From assembly GCA_016874755.1 (NCBI GenBank), contig VGTH01000009.1, forward strand, positions 4,933 to 68,932: DNA of 64,000 bases. The letters are read 5' to 3'. The DNA comes from Deltaproteobacteria bacterium (GTDB lineage Bacteria > Desulfobacterota > Binatia > UBA9968). The position numbers and the translations under genes are program-made. Positions within the stretch are counted from its first letter, which is position 1; every line of letters begins with the position of its first letter. Of this stretch, positions 20,184 to 30,512 are shown piece after piece. The notes beneath the pieces were generated by a model. The model searched no databases and was not told the origin of the DNA. It worked only from the letters and a program-made list of their open reading frames with translations.

Positions 20184-21731
20184 TTAAGCTTCCACGATCA
20201 AAGACCTCCCAGTCATTTCAGACGGTAACGGCAATCCGAGAAGTTGCATCACTGTCGGCGCCACGTCGATGGCCGTCCCTTCTTTTAGCTTGCATCTCTG
20301 GCGGGCTTCGTCGACGAGAATCACCGGGACGCGGTTGGTCGTATGCGCGGTGTGCGCCATGCCGGTGTCGTAATCGATCAATTGCTCGATGTTGCCGTGA
20401 TCGGCGGTGATCACGACGCGGCCTTTCTTGCTGTGCACCGCGTCGACCACTTTGCCGAGACATTCATCGATCACTTCGCAGGCTTTCACCGATGCTTCGA
20501 AATTGCCGGTGTGGCCGACCATGTCGGCGTTGGCATAGTTGCAGATCACCAAGCCGACGTCCTGCTCGCGCAGGTGCTTGACCAAAGCTTCGGTCACGGG
20601 ACGAGCGCTCATTTCCGGCTTCAAATCGTAGGTCGCGACATCTTTGGGTGACGGGATCAGAATTCTCTCTTCCCCTGGAAATTTATTCTCTTCGCCGCCG
20701 TTGAAGAAATAAGTCACGTGCGCATACTTTTCCGTTTCAGCAATGCGCAATTGCTTGACTCCGGCGCCACTCGCGACTTCGCCGATGATTTTTCTCACCT
20801 CACGCGGTGGGTACGCCATCGGCACTTTGATCGTTTCGTCGTACTGCGTCATGGTCGTATAAGAGCCGAGACCGATGCGGCGCCGGCGCGGAAAATCGCT
20901 AAACGCCTCATCGACAAAGGCGCGCGTCAACTCACGCGCCCGGTCGGCGCGGAAGTTAAAAAAGATGATGCTGTCGCCGTCGCGCACCAAACCATCGGGA
21001 ACGTTGCTCGTGATCGCCGTCGGCAATACGAATTCGTCCGTGACTTTTTCCCTATAGCTGTTGCGAATCGCTTCCAAAGCGGAAGCTGCCTTGTTCCCCA
21101 CACCTTCGGTTAAGCATTGATAGGCTTTCTCGACGCGATCCCAACGCTTGTCACGGTCCATCGCATAATAGCGTCCGCTGACCGTGGCGATTTTGGCATC
21201 GGGAAAGTTCTTCAGCTTCTCGTTCAGATCGAGCATGAACTGCTCAGCGCTGGTGGGCGGCGTATCGCGGCCGTCGAGAAACAGATGCAGATAAACTGTG
21301 CCGACTTTCTCGCGCTTGGCCATCTCGAGCAGCGCTTCCATATGCAGCTGATGGCTATGCACACCGCCGTCGCCTAACAGGCCCATCAAATGCAGCCGGC
21401 CACCATCGGCTTTAGTTTTGCGCATCGCCGCGAGCAACACTTCGTTGTGAAAGAACTTGCCCTCGTCGATGTCTTTGTGGATTAGCGTGAGGTCTTGATA
21501 GACGACCCGGCCGGCGCCGAGAATCATGTGGCCGACTTCGGAATTGCCCATCTGGCCGGCGGGCAAACCGACATCGACACCGGACATGGAAAGAGTCGCG
21601 GTCGGATACTTGCGCAAGAATTCATTAAAATTAGGCATCGCCGCGTTGGCAATCGCGTTGCCTTCTTTGCGCGGGTTGATGCCGAAACCATCGAGGATAA
21701 TGAGGACCACTGGTTCAACTAGCTTGCTCAC
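20184..21731 (-). CDS. gpmI: 2,3-bisphosphoglycerate-independent phosphoglycerate mutase
   Basis: LIILDGFG, GQMGNSEVGH, GRYYAMDRD, ETEKYAHVT, DMVGHTG, TADHGN. Confidence 0.97.
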   Translation of the reverse strand: MSKLVEPVVLIILDGFGINPRKEGNAIANAAMPNFNEFLRKYPTATLSMSGVDVGLPAGQMGNSEVGHMILGAGRVVYQDLTLIHKDIDEGKFFHNEVLLAAMRKTKADGGRLHLMGLLGDGGVHSHQLHMEALLEMAKREKVGTVYLHLFLDGRDTPPTSAEQFMLDLNEKLKNFPDAKIATVSGRYYAMDRDKRWDRVEKAYQCLTEGVGNKAASALEAIRNSYREKVTDEFVLPTAITSNVPDGLVRDGDSIIFFNFRADRARELTRAFVDEAFSDFPRRRRIGLGSYTTMTQYDETIKVPMAYPPREVRKIIGEVASGAGVKQLRIAETEKYAHVTYFFNGGEENKFPGEERILIPSPKDVATYDLKPEMSARPVTEALVKHLREQDVGLVICNYANADMVGHTGNFEASVKACEVIDECLGKVVDAVHSKKGRVVITADHGNIEQLIDYDTGMAHTAHTTNRVPVILVDEARQRCKLKEGTAIDVAPTVMQLLGLPLPSEMTGRSLIVEA

Positions 21732-21810
21732 GGGAGTTTCCTTTCAAGTTGAATTATAGCTAGCACCAGGGACGTCGCCAAGCCTTTCTTTGGCGAGGAG
21801 AATGGAGGAG

Positions 21811-22200
21811 TTACGCTTCTTCAGCGCTTTGAAACTGTTCAGCGAGTTTGGAGTAAGCTTCTGGCAATTGCACCCGCGGCGCCTGGTCCCAAAGACCATC
21901 GAGATCGTAGAACTTGCGGACCGGTTCGTAGAAGACATGCAGCACGACATCGGAGAAATCCATCAGCACCCAGTGGCCGCGGCCGACACCTTCCACCGCC
22001 AGCGCCCGCTCGCCGTCGCTACGCGCACCCTCTTCGACACCTTGGGCGATGCTTTGTACCTGCCGGTCGGAGCGGCCCGAGCAGATGATAAAATAGTCGG
22101 CGATCGAAGTCAGCTCATTGACCTCCAGCAACACCAGGTCAACCGCCTTCTTCTCCAGCGCGTAGCCGCACAAACGAAGAGCCTTTTCTTTGGTGTCCAT
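21811..22200 (-). CDS. rsfS: Ribosome silencing factor
   Basis: DYFIICSG.SDRQV, WVLMDFSDVVLHVF, YDLDGLW. Confidence 0.95.
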   Translation of the reverse strand: MDTKEKALRLCGYALEKKAVDLVLLEVNELTSIADYFIICSGRSDRQVQSIAQGVEEGARSDGERALAVEGVGRGHWVLMDFSDVVLHVFYEPVRKFYDLDGLWDQAPRVQLPEAYSKLAEQFQSAEEA

Positions 22201-22213
22201 CTTAGCCTAGTGG

Positions 22214-22867
22214 TTAACGCTGCGCTCGATAAAGGCGATGCGCCTTAATGTATTTTCCCACCGAAGAGGGAATCAGGTAACGCACCGATTTGCCCCTAGC
22301 CACGAGGGCCCGAACTTCTGAGGCGGAGATCGCGATATCGGTCAACTCGATGAAATAGACTCTCCTGCCACTTTTGTGCACGTAGTTTTTCTGTTTTGGG
22401 TCATAACAAAACAGCCTGCGCACAGCAATGCCGGTGCCGCGCAACGGATCACTTTCCTTGCTGCCGGGGCGCGAGGTCACAATAAAATTACAGAGCGGAA
22501 AAATTTCCTTGTACTCCCACCAGGAACCGATCTCGCGAAAGGCATCCAAGCCGATGATAAAAAACAGCGAGTCGCCTTTGCCGAGATTGCCAGCGAATTC
22601 ACGGATGGTGTCGACCGTGAACGACACTCCAGGGCGAGAGATCTCGACAGTAGAGACAGCGAAGCGGGGATTGTTTGCCACCGCCAGGCGAACCATTTGC
22701 AGCCGGTGGCGCGCCAAAGTCGTGGTCTGACCCCGCTTATGCGGTGGAATGGAAGCAGGAATGAAATAAACCCGGTCGAGCTTGTAGGTCTCGCTGACTT
22801 CCTCCGCGCTGCGCAAGTGACCCCAATGAATCGGATCGAAGGTGCCGCCGAAAAGTCCAATCCTCAC
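22214..22867 (-). CDS. nadD: Nicotinate-nucleotide adenylyltransferase
   Basis: GGTFDPIHWGH, PPHK, IIGLDAF, ISASEVR. Confidence 0.95.
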   Translation of the reverse strand: MRIGLFGGTFDPIHWGHLRSAEEVSETYKLDRVYFIPASIPPHKRGQTTTLARHRLQMVRLAVANNPRFAVSTVEISRPGVSFTVDTIREFAGNLGKGDSLFFIIGLDAFREIGSWWEYKEIFPLCNFIVTSRPGSKESDPLRGTGIAVRRLFCYDPKQKNYVHKSGRRVYFIELTDIAISASEVRALVARGKSVRYLIPSSVGKYIKAHRLYRAQR

Positions 22868-22892
22868 GCCACACCAGAGAAGTAGGAATTAT

Positions 22893-23003
22893 GAAAGCGG
22901 AAAGCGAAAAGCGGAAAACGGACATTGGGGAACGGCGACATTGGATTATTTTTCTGCGTCTGAGCCTTGCCGTTTTCCGTTTTCATGTTTCCGCGTTTGT
23001 TTC
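22893..23003. repeat. Inverted array of roughly 7-nt units (GAAAGCG/GAAAACG)
   Basis: GAAAGCGGAAAGCGAAAAGCGGAAAACGG ... CCGTTTTCCGTTTTCATGTTTCCGCG. Confidence 0.6.
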
Positions 23004-23014
23004 CTATTCCGAGT

Positions 23015-24277
23015 TTACTCTCTCACTTGGCCTTCGCCAAACACGATAAATTTCGTAGTCGTCAGCTCTTCCAATCCCATCGGCCCGAAGGCGTGAATCT
23101 TGCTCGTACTGATGCCGATTTCCGCGCCGAGGCCCAGCTCGCCGCCGTCATTGAAGCGCGTTGAAGCATTGACCATCACCGCCGAAGAATTTACACGGTC
23201 GATGAACTCGCGCGAGCGCTGATAATTAGTCGTGATGATGCTTTCGGTGTGCTCCGAGCCATATTTTTCGATGTGCTCGATCGCTTGGTCCATGTCTCTC
23301 ACGACACGAACCGAAAGAATCAATTCGAGATACTCGGTCGACCAGTCTTCTTCGCTTGCTTTCTTGATTCCCGGAACGAGTGCAACGGTCTTTTCACAGC
23401 CGCGAACTTCCACCCCTGCGGCCTGCAACTTAGCCACACCGCTTGGCAAAAACTTCGGCGCCACCGCTTCATGCACCAACAAAGTCTCCATCGCGTTGCA
23501 CACCGATGGCCGTTGCACCTTGGCGTTCAATGCGATGCGCTCAGCCATTGCCAAGTCAGCATCGGCATCGACGTAAACATGACAGACACCTTTGTAATGC
23601 TTGATCACCGGGACTTTGGAATTGGCAACGACGGCGCGGATCAGATCTTCGCCGCCGCGCGGAATGATCAGGTCGAGATATTCTTCTAATTGCAGTAATT
23701 CATGGACGAGCTGGCGATCGATGGTCTGCACGACCTGGATTGCGTGTTGCGGAATCTTGCTTTGGGCGCAAGCCTCGCTCAGCACCTGGCCTATCGCACG
23801 ATTCGAAAACTGCGCTTCGCTACCGCCGCGCAAAATGACCGTGTTGCCGGACTTCAAACACAACGCCGCTGCATCAGCCGTCACGTTGGGGCGCGCTTCA
23901 TAAATGATGCCGATCACGCCGAGCGGAATGCGCATGCGCCCCACTTGCAAGCCGTTGGGCCGGCGCCACATCTTGGTGACTTCGCGCACCGGATCGGGCA
24001 GCGCAAGCACGTCGCGCAGCCCTTTGGCCATCGCCTTCACACGGTTGGGATTGAGCGCAATGCGATCGAGCACTGCCGACGAAATTTCCGCCTTTTTTGC
24101 CGCGTCGAGATCTTTCTGATTTTCGGCAAGCAAAAACTCCGACCGCGCTTCAAGAGCGTCCGCCATCAGAACCAGCGCGCGATTCTTCTCCTCGGACGAA
24201 ACCACCGCCAGCTTGCGCGATGCGGCCTGGGCGCGCTTGCCTAGTTCGACCGCTTCATCTCTCAATGAATTGCTCAC
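23015..24277 (-). CDS. proA: Glutamate-5-semialdehyde dehydrogenase
   Basis: PLGVIGIIYEARPNV, CNAMETLL, VNASTRF.DG, GAEIGIST. Confidence 0.97.
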   Translation of the reverse strand: MSNSLRDEAVELGKRAQAASRKLAVVSSEEKNRALVLMADALEARSEFLLAENQKDLDAAKKAEISSAVLDRIALNPNRVKAMAKGLRDVLALPDPVREVTKMWRRPNGLQVGRMRIPLGVIGIIYEARPNVTADAAALCLKSGNTVILRGGSEAQFSNRAIGQVLSEACAQSKIPQHAIQVVQTIDRQLVHELLQLEEYLDLIIPRGGEDLIRAVVANSKVPVIKHYKGVCHVYVDADADLAMAERIALNAKVQRPSVCNAMETLLVHEAVAPKFLPSGVAKLQAAGVEVRGCEKTVALVPGIKKASEEDWSTEYLELILSVRVVRDMDQAIEHIEKYGSEHTESIITTNYQRSREFIDRVNSSAVMVNASTRFNDGGELGLGAEIGISTSKIHAFGPMGLEELTTTKFIVFGEGQVRE

Positions 24278-24402
24278 GGGATTCCAACTATTGTCTTTTA
24301 CGCTGACAAACTCCTCGGAGCCCTTCGACTCGGCTCAGGGCGAACGGATCAGAGGTTAAGAGCGTTGAAAAATCCGTTCATGCTGAACTCGTCGAAGCAT
24401 TC

Positions 24403-25578
24403 TCACGAGTCTTTAGCAGCGTGCTGCCTATTGCCTTCTTGTAAGAGCACCAAATAATCGCGATGAATAATCTCGTCGTAGCCTTTATAGCCTAGCACTT
24501 CGTCAATTTTGCTTGTATGCAATCCCTTGATCTGATTCAACTCCGTCGAGCTGTAGTTGACCAGACCGCGCGCAAATTCTTGTCCCTGCAAGTCTAAACA
24601 ACGCACGCAATCGCCGACGCCAAAGGCGCCGCGCACTTCCTTCAGTCCAGACGGCAATAAGCTCTTGCCCTTCTGCGTCACGGCCTCGTGCGCCCCTTGA
24701 TCGACGACCAAATCGCCGGCCGGTTTCGGGTTATAGGCCATCCAGTGCTTGATACTGGCGAGCCGGTTGTCGTCCGGGATCACCAGCGTGCCGACTTCGT
24801 CATCGGAAAACACTTTGGCGAGCACGTTGGCTTGTAAGCCGCTGGTGATAATCGTCGGAATGCCCGCCGCCGCGGCTTTTTCCGCAGCGCCCAGCTTGGT
24901 CGCGATGCCGCCCGTGCCAAACTGGGTTTGGCTCGCCCCGCCGATGCGCCGCATTGCGTCTTTGATATCGTCGATCAATGGAATCAACTGGGCATCTTTG
25001 TGCGCCCGCGGGTCGCGATCATAGACTCCCTGCACGTCGCTGAGAATCACCAGCAGGTCCGCCTCCAGCAGCGTCGCCACCAGCGACGACAGATTATCGT
25101 TGTCGCCAAATTTCATCTCCTCGACCGCGACCGTGTCGTTCTCGTTTACGATGGGGATGATCGACGACTCCAACAGCATCTGAAACGTGTGCTTGGCGTT
25201 GATGTAGCGCTGCCGGTTGGCCAGATCGTCAGCAGTCAAAAGCACCTGTGCGACGCTCTTGTCGAATTTGGAAAAAGCCCGCTCGTAGAGCGCCATCAGC
25301 TTGATCTGTCCCACCGCTGCCAACGCCTGTTTTTCAGGAATCGTCTTTGGCCGCTCTTTGCGGCCGAGCCGCGTCATGCCCGCCGCCACGGCGCCTGAGC
25401 TCACGACCACCAGCGATTTCTTGTCGTCGTGCAGCGATGAGAGATCTCGCACCAAAGATTTGAGCCGCGCCTCTTCAATGCCATCGCTGGACGAAAGAAT
25501 CTGGCTGCCGATCTTGACAACTACGCGGCGCGCGCGGCGCAGGATTTTTTGCTTATGCTCGCGCTGCGTCATATTCAT
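24403..25578 (-). CDS. proB: Glutamate 5-kinase with PUA domain
   Basis: VVKIGS, VSSGAV, PIVNEND, FGDNDNLS, SLLPSG. Confidence 0.97.
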   Translation of the reverse strand: MNMTQREHKQKILRRARRVVVKIGSQILSSSDGIEEARLKSLVRDLSSLHDDKKSLVVVSSGAVAAGMTRLGRKERPKTIPEKQALAAVGQIKLMALYERAFSKFDKSVAQVLLTADDLANRQRYINAKHTFQMLLESSIIPIVNENDTVAVEEMKFGDNDNLSSLVATLLEADLLVILSDVQGVYDRDPRAHKDAQLIPLIDDIKDAMRRIGGASQTQFGTGGIATKLGAAEKAAAAGIPTIITSGLQANVLAKVFSDDEVGTLVIPDDNRLASIKHWMAYNPKPAGDLVVDQGAHEAVTQKGKSLLPSGLKEVRGAFGVGDCVRCLDLQGQEFARGLVNYSSTELNQIKGLHTSKIDEVLGYKGYDEIIHRDYLVLLQEGNRQHAAKDS

Positions 25579-26593
25579 TTTCGACCGGCTGCTGCTTCAT
25601 CGTATCGAGCCTTCGTCCGACCAGATGCACCAATGCTTGCACGCCTTCCGTGGTTGCCGCTGAAATCATGTGCAGCGGGCGATCGGCTTTCGGCAGTTTC
25701 TTGGCAAACAACTTGGCCTTTTGCCTGCCTTCGGGCAGGTCAACTTTATTGGCAACCACGATTTGCGGCTTCTGAGCTAACTCCGGATCGAAGAGTTCCA
25801 GCTCGCGATTGATGATGGTCCATTGCGCTAGCGGATCGTCTTCGTCGATTTGCGACGCGTCAATCAAGTGAATCAACAGACTCGTGCGCGTAACATGGCG
25901 CAGAAACTTATCGCCGAGCCCCTGCCCTTCGTGCGCGCCTTCGATCAACCCGGGAATGTCAGCCACAACGAAGCTCTTGTGGTCGTAAGCAACCACGCCG
26001 AGATTCGGCACCAGGGTGGTAAACGGATAGTCGGCGATTTTCGGACGCACCGCCGAAATCACCGAAATCAGCGTCGACTTGCCGGCGTTCGGCAGACCGA
26101 TAATGCCGACATCGGCCAGCAAGCGAAGCTCGATGTAAAGTTCTTTTTCTTCGCCGGGTAAACCAGGTTGGGCGAACTTGGGGCCCTGATGGGTCGATGT
26201 GGCGAAGTGTTTGTTACCTTTGCCGCCGCGCCCGCCGACGGCGACCACGGCACGCAGCCCCGGCTCCTTGAGATCGCCCAGCAATTCGCCGGTTGCCGCG
26301 TCACGAATGATCGTGCCCACTGGCACCGGGATCATGCGGTCATCGCCGCGCCGGCCATCGCAATCGCTGCCCATGCCGTGCTGGCCGCGCTTGGCTTCGT
26401 AGTGTTTTTGGTAGCGCAGATCGAGCAAAGTGGTCATGCCCGGCTCGGCGACAGCAATGACGCTGCCGCCATCGCCGCCGTTGCCGCCGCTCGGCCCGCC
26501 GCGCGGCACGAATTTCTCCCGACGGAAACTCACACACCCGCGTCCACCGTCGCCGGCTTTCACCTTGATTCGGGTTTCGTCGATGAACTTCAT
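25553..26593 (-). CDS. obgE: GTPase ObgE
   Basis: FRREKFVPRGGPSGG, GLPNAGKST, DIPG, NKVD. Confidence 0.97.
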   Translation of the reverse strand: MKFIDETRIKVKAGDGGRGCVSFRREKFVPRGGPSGGNGGDGGSVIAVAEPGMTTLLDLRYQKHYEAKRGQHGMGSDCDGRRGDDRMIPVPVGTIIRDAATGELLGDLKEPGLRAVVAVGGRGGKGNKHFATSTHQGPKFAQPGLPGEEKELYIELRLLADVGIIGLPNAGKSTLISVISAVRPKIADYPFTTLVPNLGVVAYDHKSFVVADIPGLIEGAHEGQGLGDKFLRHVTRTSLLIHLIDASQIDEDDPLAQWTIINRELELFDPELAQKPQIVVANKVDLPEGRQKAKLFAKKLPKADRPLHMISAATTEGVQALVHLVGRRLDTMKQQPVENEYDAARA

Positions 26594-26668
26594 TACAGTC
26601 TGCAACCGCTGGACGCTGGCTTCTTAAAGCACAATACCATGAAATCGCGGCATTCGCCCGCGCTCGGA

Positions 26669-26692
26669 AGGCGGCCAGCCGGTCGCCCCTAC
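26669..26692. repeat. GTAG-family REP palindrome
   Basis: GGCGGCCAGCCGGTCGCCCCTAC; relatives at 37082-37107, 40491-40513, 45179-45202, 50827-50849, 54840-54864, 54950-54974. Confidence 0.7.
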
Positions 26693-26735
26693 GAAAAACA
26701 TCCGACGCACCCCATTTATCGTTGAAGCCGCAGCC

Positions 26736-26762
26736 AAAAAAAAAGCCCCTTGCGGGGCTTTT
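26736..26762. terminator. Rho-independent terminator after rplU-rpmA
   Basis: A9-GCCCC-TTGC-GGGGC-T4; U-tract reads on the minus strand. Confidence 0.85.
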
Positions 26763-26782
26763 CAGATCGTATCACGCCCAAC

Positions 26783-27040
26783 TTATTGGGCCGGCAGGAC
26801 ATCCACTTTCTTACGGGTTTTGTCGTAGCGGCCGTATTTCACGATGCCGTCGGTGAGAGCGAAAAGCGTAAAGTCACGCCCCACGCCGACGTTCTGGCCC
26901 GGATGAATCTTAGTGCCGAGCTGGCGCACAAGAATATTGCCGGCGCGCACGGTTTCGCCGCCAAACACTTTGACGCCGCGCCGCTGCCCTTGGCTATCGC
27001 GCCCGTTTCTTGAACTGCCGCCTGCTTTCTTATGTGCCAT
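26783..27040 (-). CDS. rpmA: 50S ribosomal protein L27
   Basis: [16 protein letters not shown]. Confidence 0.98.
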   Translation of the reverse strand: MAHKKAGGSSRNGRDSQGQRRGVKVFGGETVRAGNILVRQLGTKIHPGQNVGVGRDFTLFALTDGIVKYGRYDKTRKKVDVLPAQ

Positions 27041-27054
27041 GACTGACTCCTGAA

Positions 27055-27369
27055 CTACGCTTCGATCGCGGTGATTTTTAGCGCGGTTTGATACTGGCGG
27101 TGACCCTGTTGCCGGCTGTAGCTCTTGCGCCGTTTCTTTTTGAACACGCGGATCTTTTTCGCCCGCACCTGACCGACGATCTCGCCGGTCACTTTGGCGT
27201 TGGCAACCAGCGGCGTGCCGATCTTCACGTCGTCGTTGCCGCCAACGAACAACACGTCGCCGAGCGTCACCGTCGCGCCGACGTCGCCGTCGAGCTTTTC
27301 GATTTTGACGACCTCACCCTCGGCCACGCGGTATTGCTTGCCGCCTGTTCTGATTACTGCATATTTCAT
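27055..27369 (-). CDS. rplU: 50S ribosomal protein L21
   Basis: [19 protein letters not shown]...QGHRQ. Confidence 0.98.
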   Translation of the reverse strand: MKYAVIRTGGKQYRVAEGEVVKIEKLDGDVGATVTLGDVLFVGGNDDVKIGTPLVANAKVTGEIVGQVRAKKIRVFKKKRRKSYSRQQGHRQYQTALKITAIEA

Positions 27370-27478
27370 AGTTTTTTCCCGGAATTTGATTGTCTAAAGG
27401 AAAAAACCGCCAAAGTCAAACAAATCGCGCCGGTGGGCAGGGTCCGCCAGCGGTGATGTCTCCATCTCTACCCAGAGA

Positions 27479-28549
27479 TCAGTGCAAATGAGGTAGCACT
27501 TTCTCCGCGAAGAGCCGCATCGCCTTCAGCGTCTTTGCCTGGTCCAAACTGCCCGACGCAATGTTGAGCATGACCTGCTCCGGCTGCATCGCGTTGACAT
27601 AGAACTCGATCTTTTCAATACACTCATCCGGCGTGCCCCAGACCGCCATGACGTTCGGCCCTTCGGCCGCGACGGCAGCTTTAGCCTTTTCCAGTGTGCA
27701 AAGTTTCTCGAAGGCCTCACGCGACGCGCTCTTCGTCGCATACGTGTGAATGGTTTCGGTCTGCACTGGGCGGCTCAGTCGGCCGCGCAAAAAGACATCC
27801 GCCTGCGACGATAGGGCGAGGGCGCCGTTTTCGATCGCCTCTTCGCGGCTGGCGGCGACGTGGCAGTGAATTCCTAGCACGACATCACTCTTAGAACCCG
27901 CCGGTAAATTCTTTCGGTAGGTCTCGGTCAAACCGCGCACGAGGTCGAATGGAATGCCGAGATAGCCCGGCTGCACCAGACCTTGACCCACTACGCCGGC
28001 AAACTTCGCACTCTCCGGCGTGGTCGCCGCCGCCGTGTAGATCGGCGGATGGGGCTGCTGCACCGCCGGTGGGCTCAGTTTGAAATCGCGCACCTGCCAA
28101 TATTTTCCGTCGAGTTTTTCAACGTAATCGCCTTTGAACAACTCGATCAGCATGCGAATGCCTTCTTCGAACCGCGGCGCGCTTTCGGCCGGATTGACGT
28201 TCATGCGGCTGATCACCCACGGGTGGCCGCGGCCGATGCCGAGCATGATGCGGCCGTTGGTCAACAAATCCGCCGCGGCTACTTGGCTCGCCAACATCGC
28301 CGGATGGTGAATCGGCATGCTGATGATTCCGGTCAGAAAACGAATGCGCCGCGCCGTCTGCGCCGCGGCGACGTAGAGACCCAGCGGAAACGGCGAGCAG
28401 GAAAATAAATCTTTGCCAAAGCTCTCCGTGATCGAAAAGAAGTCGTAGCCGAGCTGATCGGCCAGCGCGATCTGCTCGAGCACTTCGGCGTAAAGCTGCT
28501 GCTCGGTTTTACCCGGATAGGAGAATTCGGTGAACAGGCCGATTTTCAT
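27479..28549 (-). CDS. LLM class flavin-dependent oxidoreductase
   Basis: ADQLGYD, DLLTNGRIMLGIGRG, QQPHPPIY, GTPDECIE, FAEKVLP. Confidence 0.88.
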   Translation of the reverse strand: MKIGLFTEFSYPGKTEQQLYAEVLEQIALADQLGYDFFSITESFGKDLFSCSPFPLGLYVAAAQTARRIRFLTGIISMPIHHPAMLASQVAAADLLTNGRIMLGIGRGHPWVISRMNVNPAESAPRFEEGIRMLIELFKGDYVEKLDGKYWQVRDFKLSPPAVQQPHPPIYTAAATTPESAKFAGVVGQGLVQPGYLGIPFDLVRGLTETYRKNLPAGSKSDVVLGIHCHVAASREEAIENGALALSSQADVFLRGRLSRPVQTETIHTYATKSASREAFEKLCTLEKAKAAVAAEGPNVMAVWGTPDECIEKIEFYVNAMQPEQVMLNIASGSLDQAKTLKAMRLFAEKVLPHLH

Positions 28550-28574
28550 TTTTACTACGAGAGGAATTCCGAGT

Positions 28575-28693
28575 TCCCTCGTCCTTTTGGGAGAGGGTTA
28601 GAGCCTGCCCCGGACCTGATCCGGGGCTGAGGCTGCTCGAAGCATGACAGGATCGTGCCACAAGTGCCCTCTATGCTCTCCCAGAGGGAGAGG
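28575..28693. repeat. GC-rich palindromic intergenic repeat (CCCTCTCCC..GGGAGAGG type)
   Basis: Paired hairpins; the same style occurs at 1135-1210/1653-1683 and 42228-42320. Confidence 0.5.
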
Positions 28694-28736
28694 AAGAAGA
28701 GACTATACTCAGCGAGTGCAGTAGCTGTTCTAGTTT

Positions 28737-29114
28737 TTACAGATCATTCCGCCGCACCGGCCCCCAACCCGTCGTCGAGATATCGATCAAATTGCCGTCG
28801 GGATCGGCGCAGCGGCCTTCAGCATAAGTGGCAATGCGATCCTTTGGCGCGCCGGCTGGATAAACTTCACTGATGCGCTTAGTGGTTTCCTGTGCATCTT
28901 CCACATGAAAACCGAAATGATAGAGGCCATCCGCATGGCCCGGCTCTTTGGGATCGTTGGCGTTAAGAATCGCTAGATTGACCTCGCCGTCGGACAGATG
29001 CACCGAGCCATTTTTCGTTCGATACATCTCCTTCATGTCGAAAACTTTTTTGTAATATTCCGCCAGCTTATCCGGTTGGCGCGTCAGTAAAGCCAAGTGG
29101 CGCAGCTTTGCCAT
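28737..29114 (-). CDS. VOC/glyoxalase family protein
   Basis: LRHLAL, YYKKVF, LYHFGF.V, DPDGNLIDIS. Confidence 0.85.
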   Translation of the reverse strand: MAKLRHLALLTRQPDKLAEYYKKVFDMKEMYRTKNGSVHLSDGEVNLAILNANDPKEPGHADGLYHFGFHVEDAQETTKRISEVYPAGAPKDRIATYAEGRCADPDGNLIDISTTGWGPVRRNDL

Positions 29115-29212
29115 AAATTGTTCCTCCGCGACAAAGAATTCAGTCAGCGCTATCACCGCGGCGGAAGCCTGTCAACGCAAAGATCGCGGCGCGCGCCGAC
29201 CGAGCCGAAACA

Positions 29213-29397
29213 ATGCTTGAACTTTCCTCTGCACCGGGCGATTGAGGTGAAACTCTGGAGGAGCGATGGTGCGACCGAACGGTCGCGTCTTGCATAAGGC
29301 GCGTTAAAGCGCAGGCCTCTTATTTTCACTCCGGAAGAGTTTCACCTCGATCGACAGCGCGTGGTTTCCACAACGCATGAATCAATCCGGTGTGAGG
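29213..29397. mobile_element. Degenerate, inverted copy of the 265-bp MITE family
   Basis: Shares GAAACTCTGGAGGAGCG and CTCCGGAAGAGTTTCAC.TCGATCG blocks and a CATGAAT..ATCCGG end with 40337-40601; different interior. Confidence 0.6.
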
Positions 29398-29578
29398 TAT
29401 CTTAAAAATGCTACTTCCGGCGAGGTCGGATTGTGCTAATCTAACGGTAGTCGCGGAAGCAACGCGGTTCGCACGTAAACAGAGGCTGCGGTCGGACACT
29501 GACAGTCAGAGGCATCGCATCTTGAAAAGCCCAGAAGTCAAGACGATCATCGGAAATCTATCCAGCAAAAAGATCACC

Positions 29579-30460
29579 ATGCCGGATGTCAATCTTGCAC
29601 CGATGCCGGCTTTGGCTCCTCCCGGCGTGGTTCACAATGGCAAGAAAGCCGATGGCTACGGTGAGATCGATGTCTCCCGGGGATATCCCGATGTTCGGAG
29701 TTTCAGAAGGAAGTTCGGACTGGTGATTCCCGCTACGAATACCAGCATGGAGCACGATCTTTGGAGCATTATTTTCAAAAACCAAGGCCCACGCGGATTA
29801 AGAGGGATCGGCCTTCACACCACGAATGTTATTACGTCCAACCCGCGGTTGGAAAATGAAGAAGATCTGCTGGAGTACAAGAGCCCGTTCTTGGGTGGCC
29901 TGAAGTCGGCCGTCGATGCCGGTTTGTTGGCGCAGCCACAGTACATGATCATGGGCATGAGTCTGGAACATATTCTTGGCGGCATCGAAGCAATCCGGGC
30001 GCCCATGCTCGAGATCGAGGCGTACTCCGGCCTGTCTTGGGCCGCCTGGCATGATGCCATTTTAGCGGCATTGAAAAGATACCGAGCCAAGAGAGTCGGC
30101 CTTTTAACTCCGTTCGATAAGAAAGGAAACGAGTTTGCGACGCAGATGTTCGAAGAATTGGGCTTTGAAGTCGTGTCGAGTGTTGGCTTCTGCTGCGCCA
30201 ATGCGCTTCATATCGCGCATGTTCCGGACTGGGCCAAGGAAAAAGCTATCGTCGAGCTCTTGGCAAATAACAAAAATAACCTGGATGCGGTGGTTCAATG
30301 CGGAACAAACATGAGCTTGATTGACGTTACGGAGAAGTTGGAGCCCGTGGTCGGGATTCCGATCCTTGGGATCAACCCGGTGACTTTCTGGTACGCGCTG
30401 CGGGAAAACGGATTCGACGAAGCTTTACTGGGCGGAGGGCGACTGCTGCAAGAGTTCTGA
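29579..30460 (+). CDS. Arylmalonate decarboxylase / maleate isomerase family protein
   Basis: FGLVIPATNTSME, IMGMSLE, VGLLTPF, VVQCGTNM, GIPILGIN. Confidence 0.8.
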   Translation: MPDVNLAPMPALAPPGVVHNGKKADGYGEIDVSRGYPDVRSFRRKFGLVIPATNTSMEHDLWSIIFKNQGPRGLRGIGLHTTNVITSNPRLENEEDLLEYKSPFLGGLKSAVDAGLLAQPQYMIMGMSLEHILGGIEAIRAPMLEIEAYSGLSWAAWHDAILAALKRYRAKRVGLLTPFDKKGNEFATQMFEELGFEVVSSVGFCCANALHIAHVPDWAKEKAIVELLANNKNNLDAVVQCGTNMSLIDVTEKLEPVVGIPILGINPVTFWYALRENGFDEALLGGGRLLQEF

Positions 30461-30512
30461 GGCGTCGCTGGCGCCCATTTGACTTAGCGCATCACGAAAG
30501 GAGGAAAATAAA

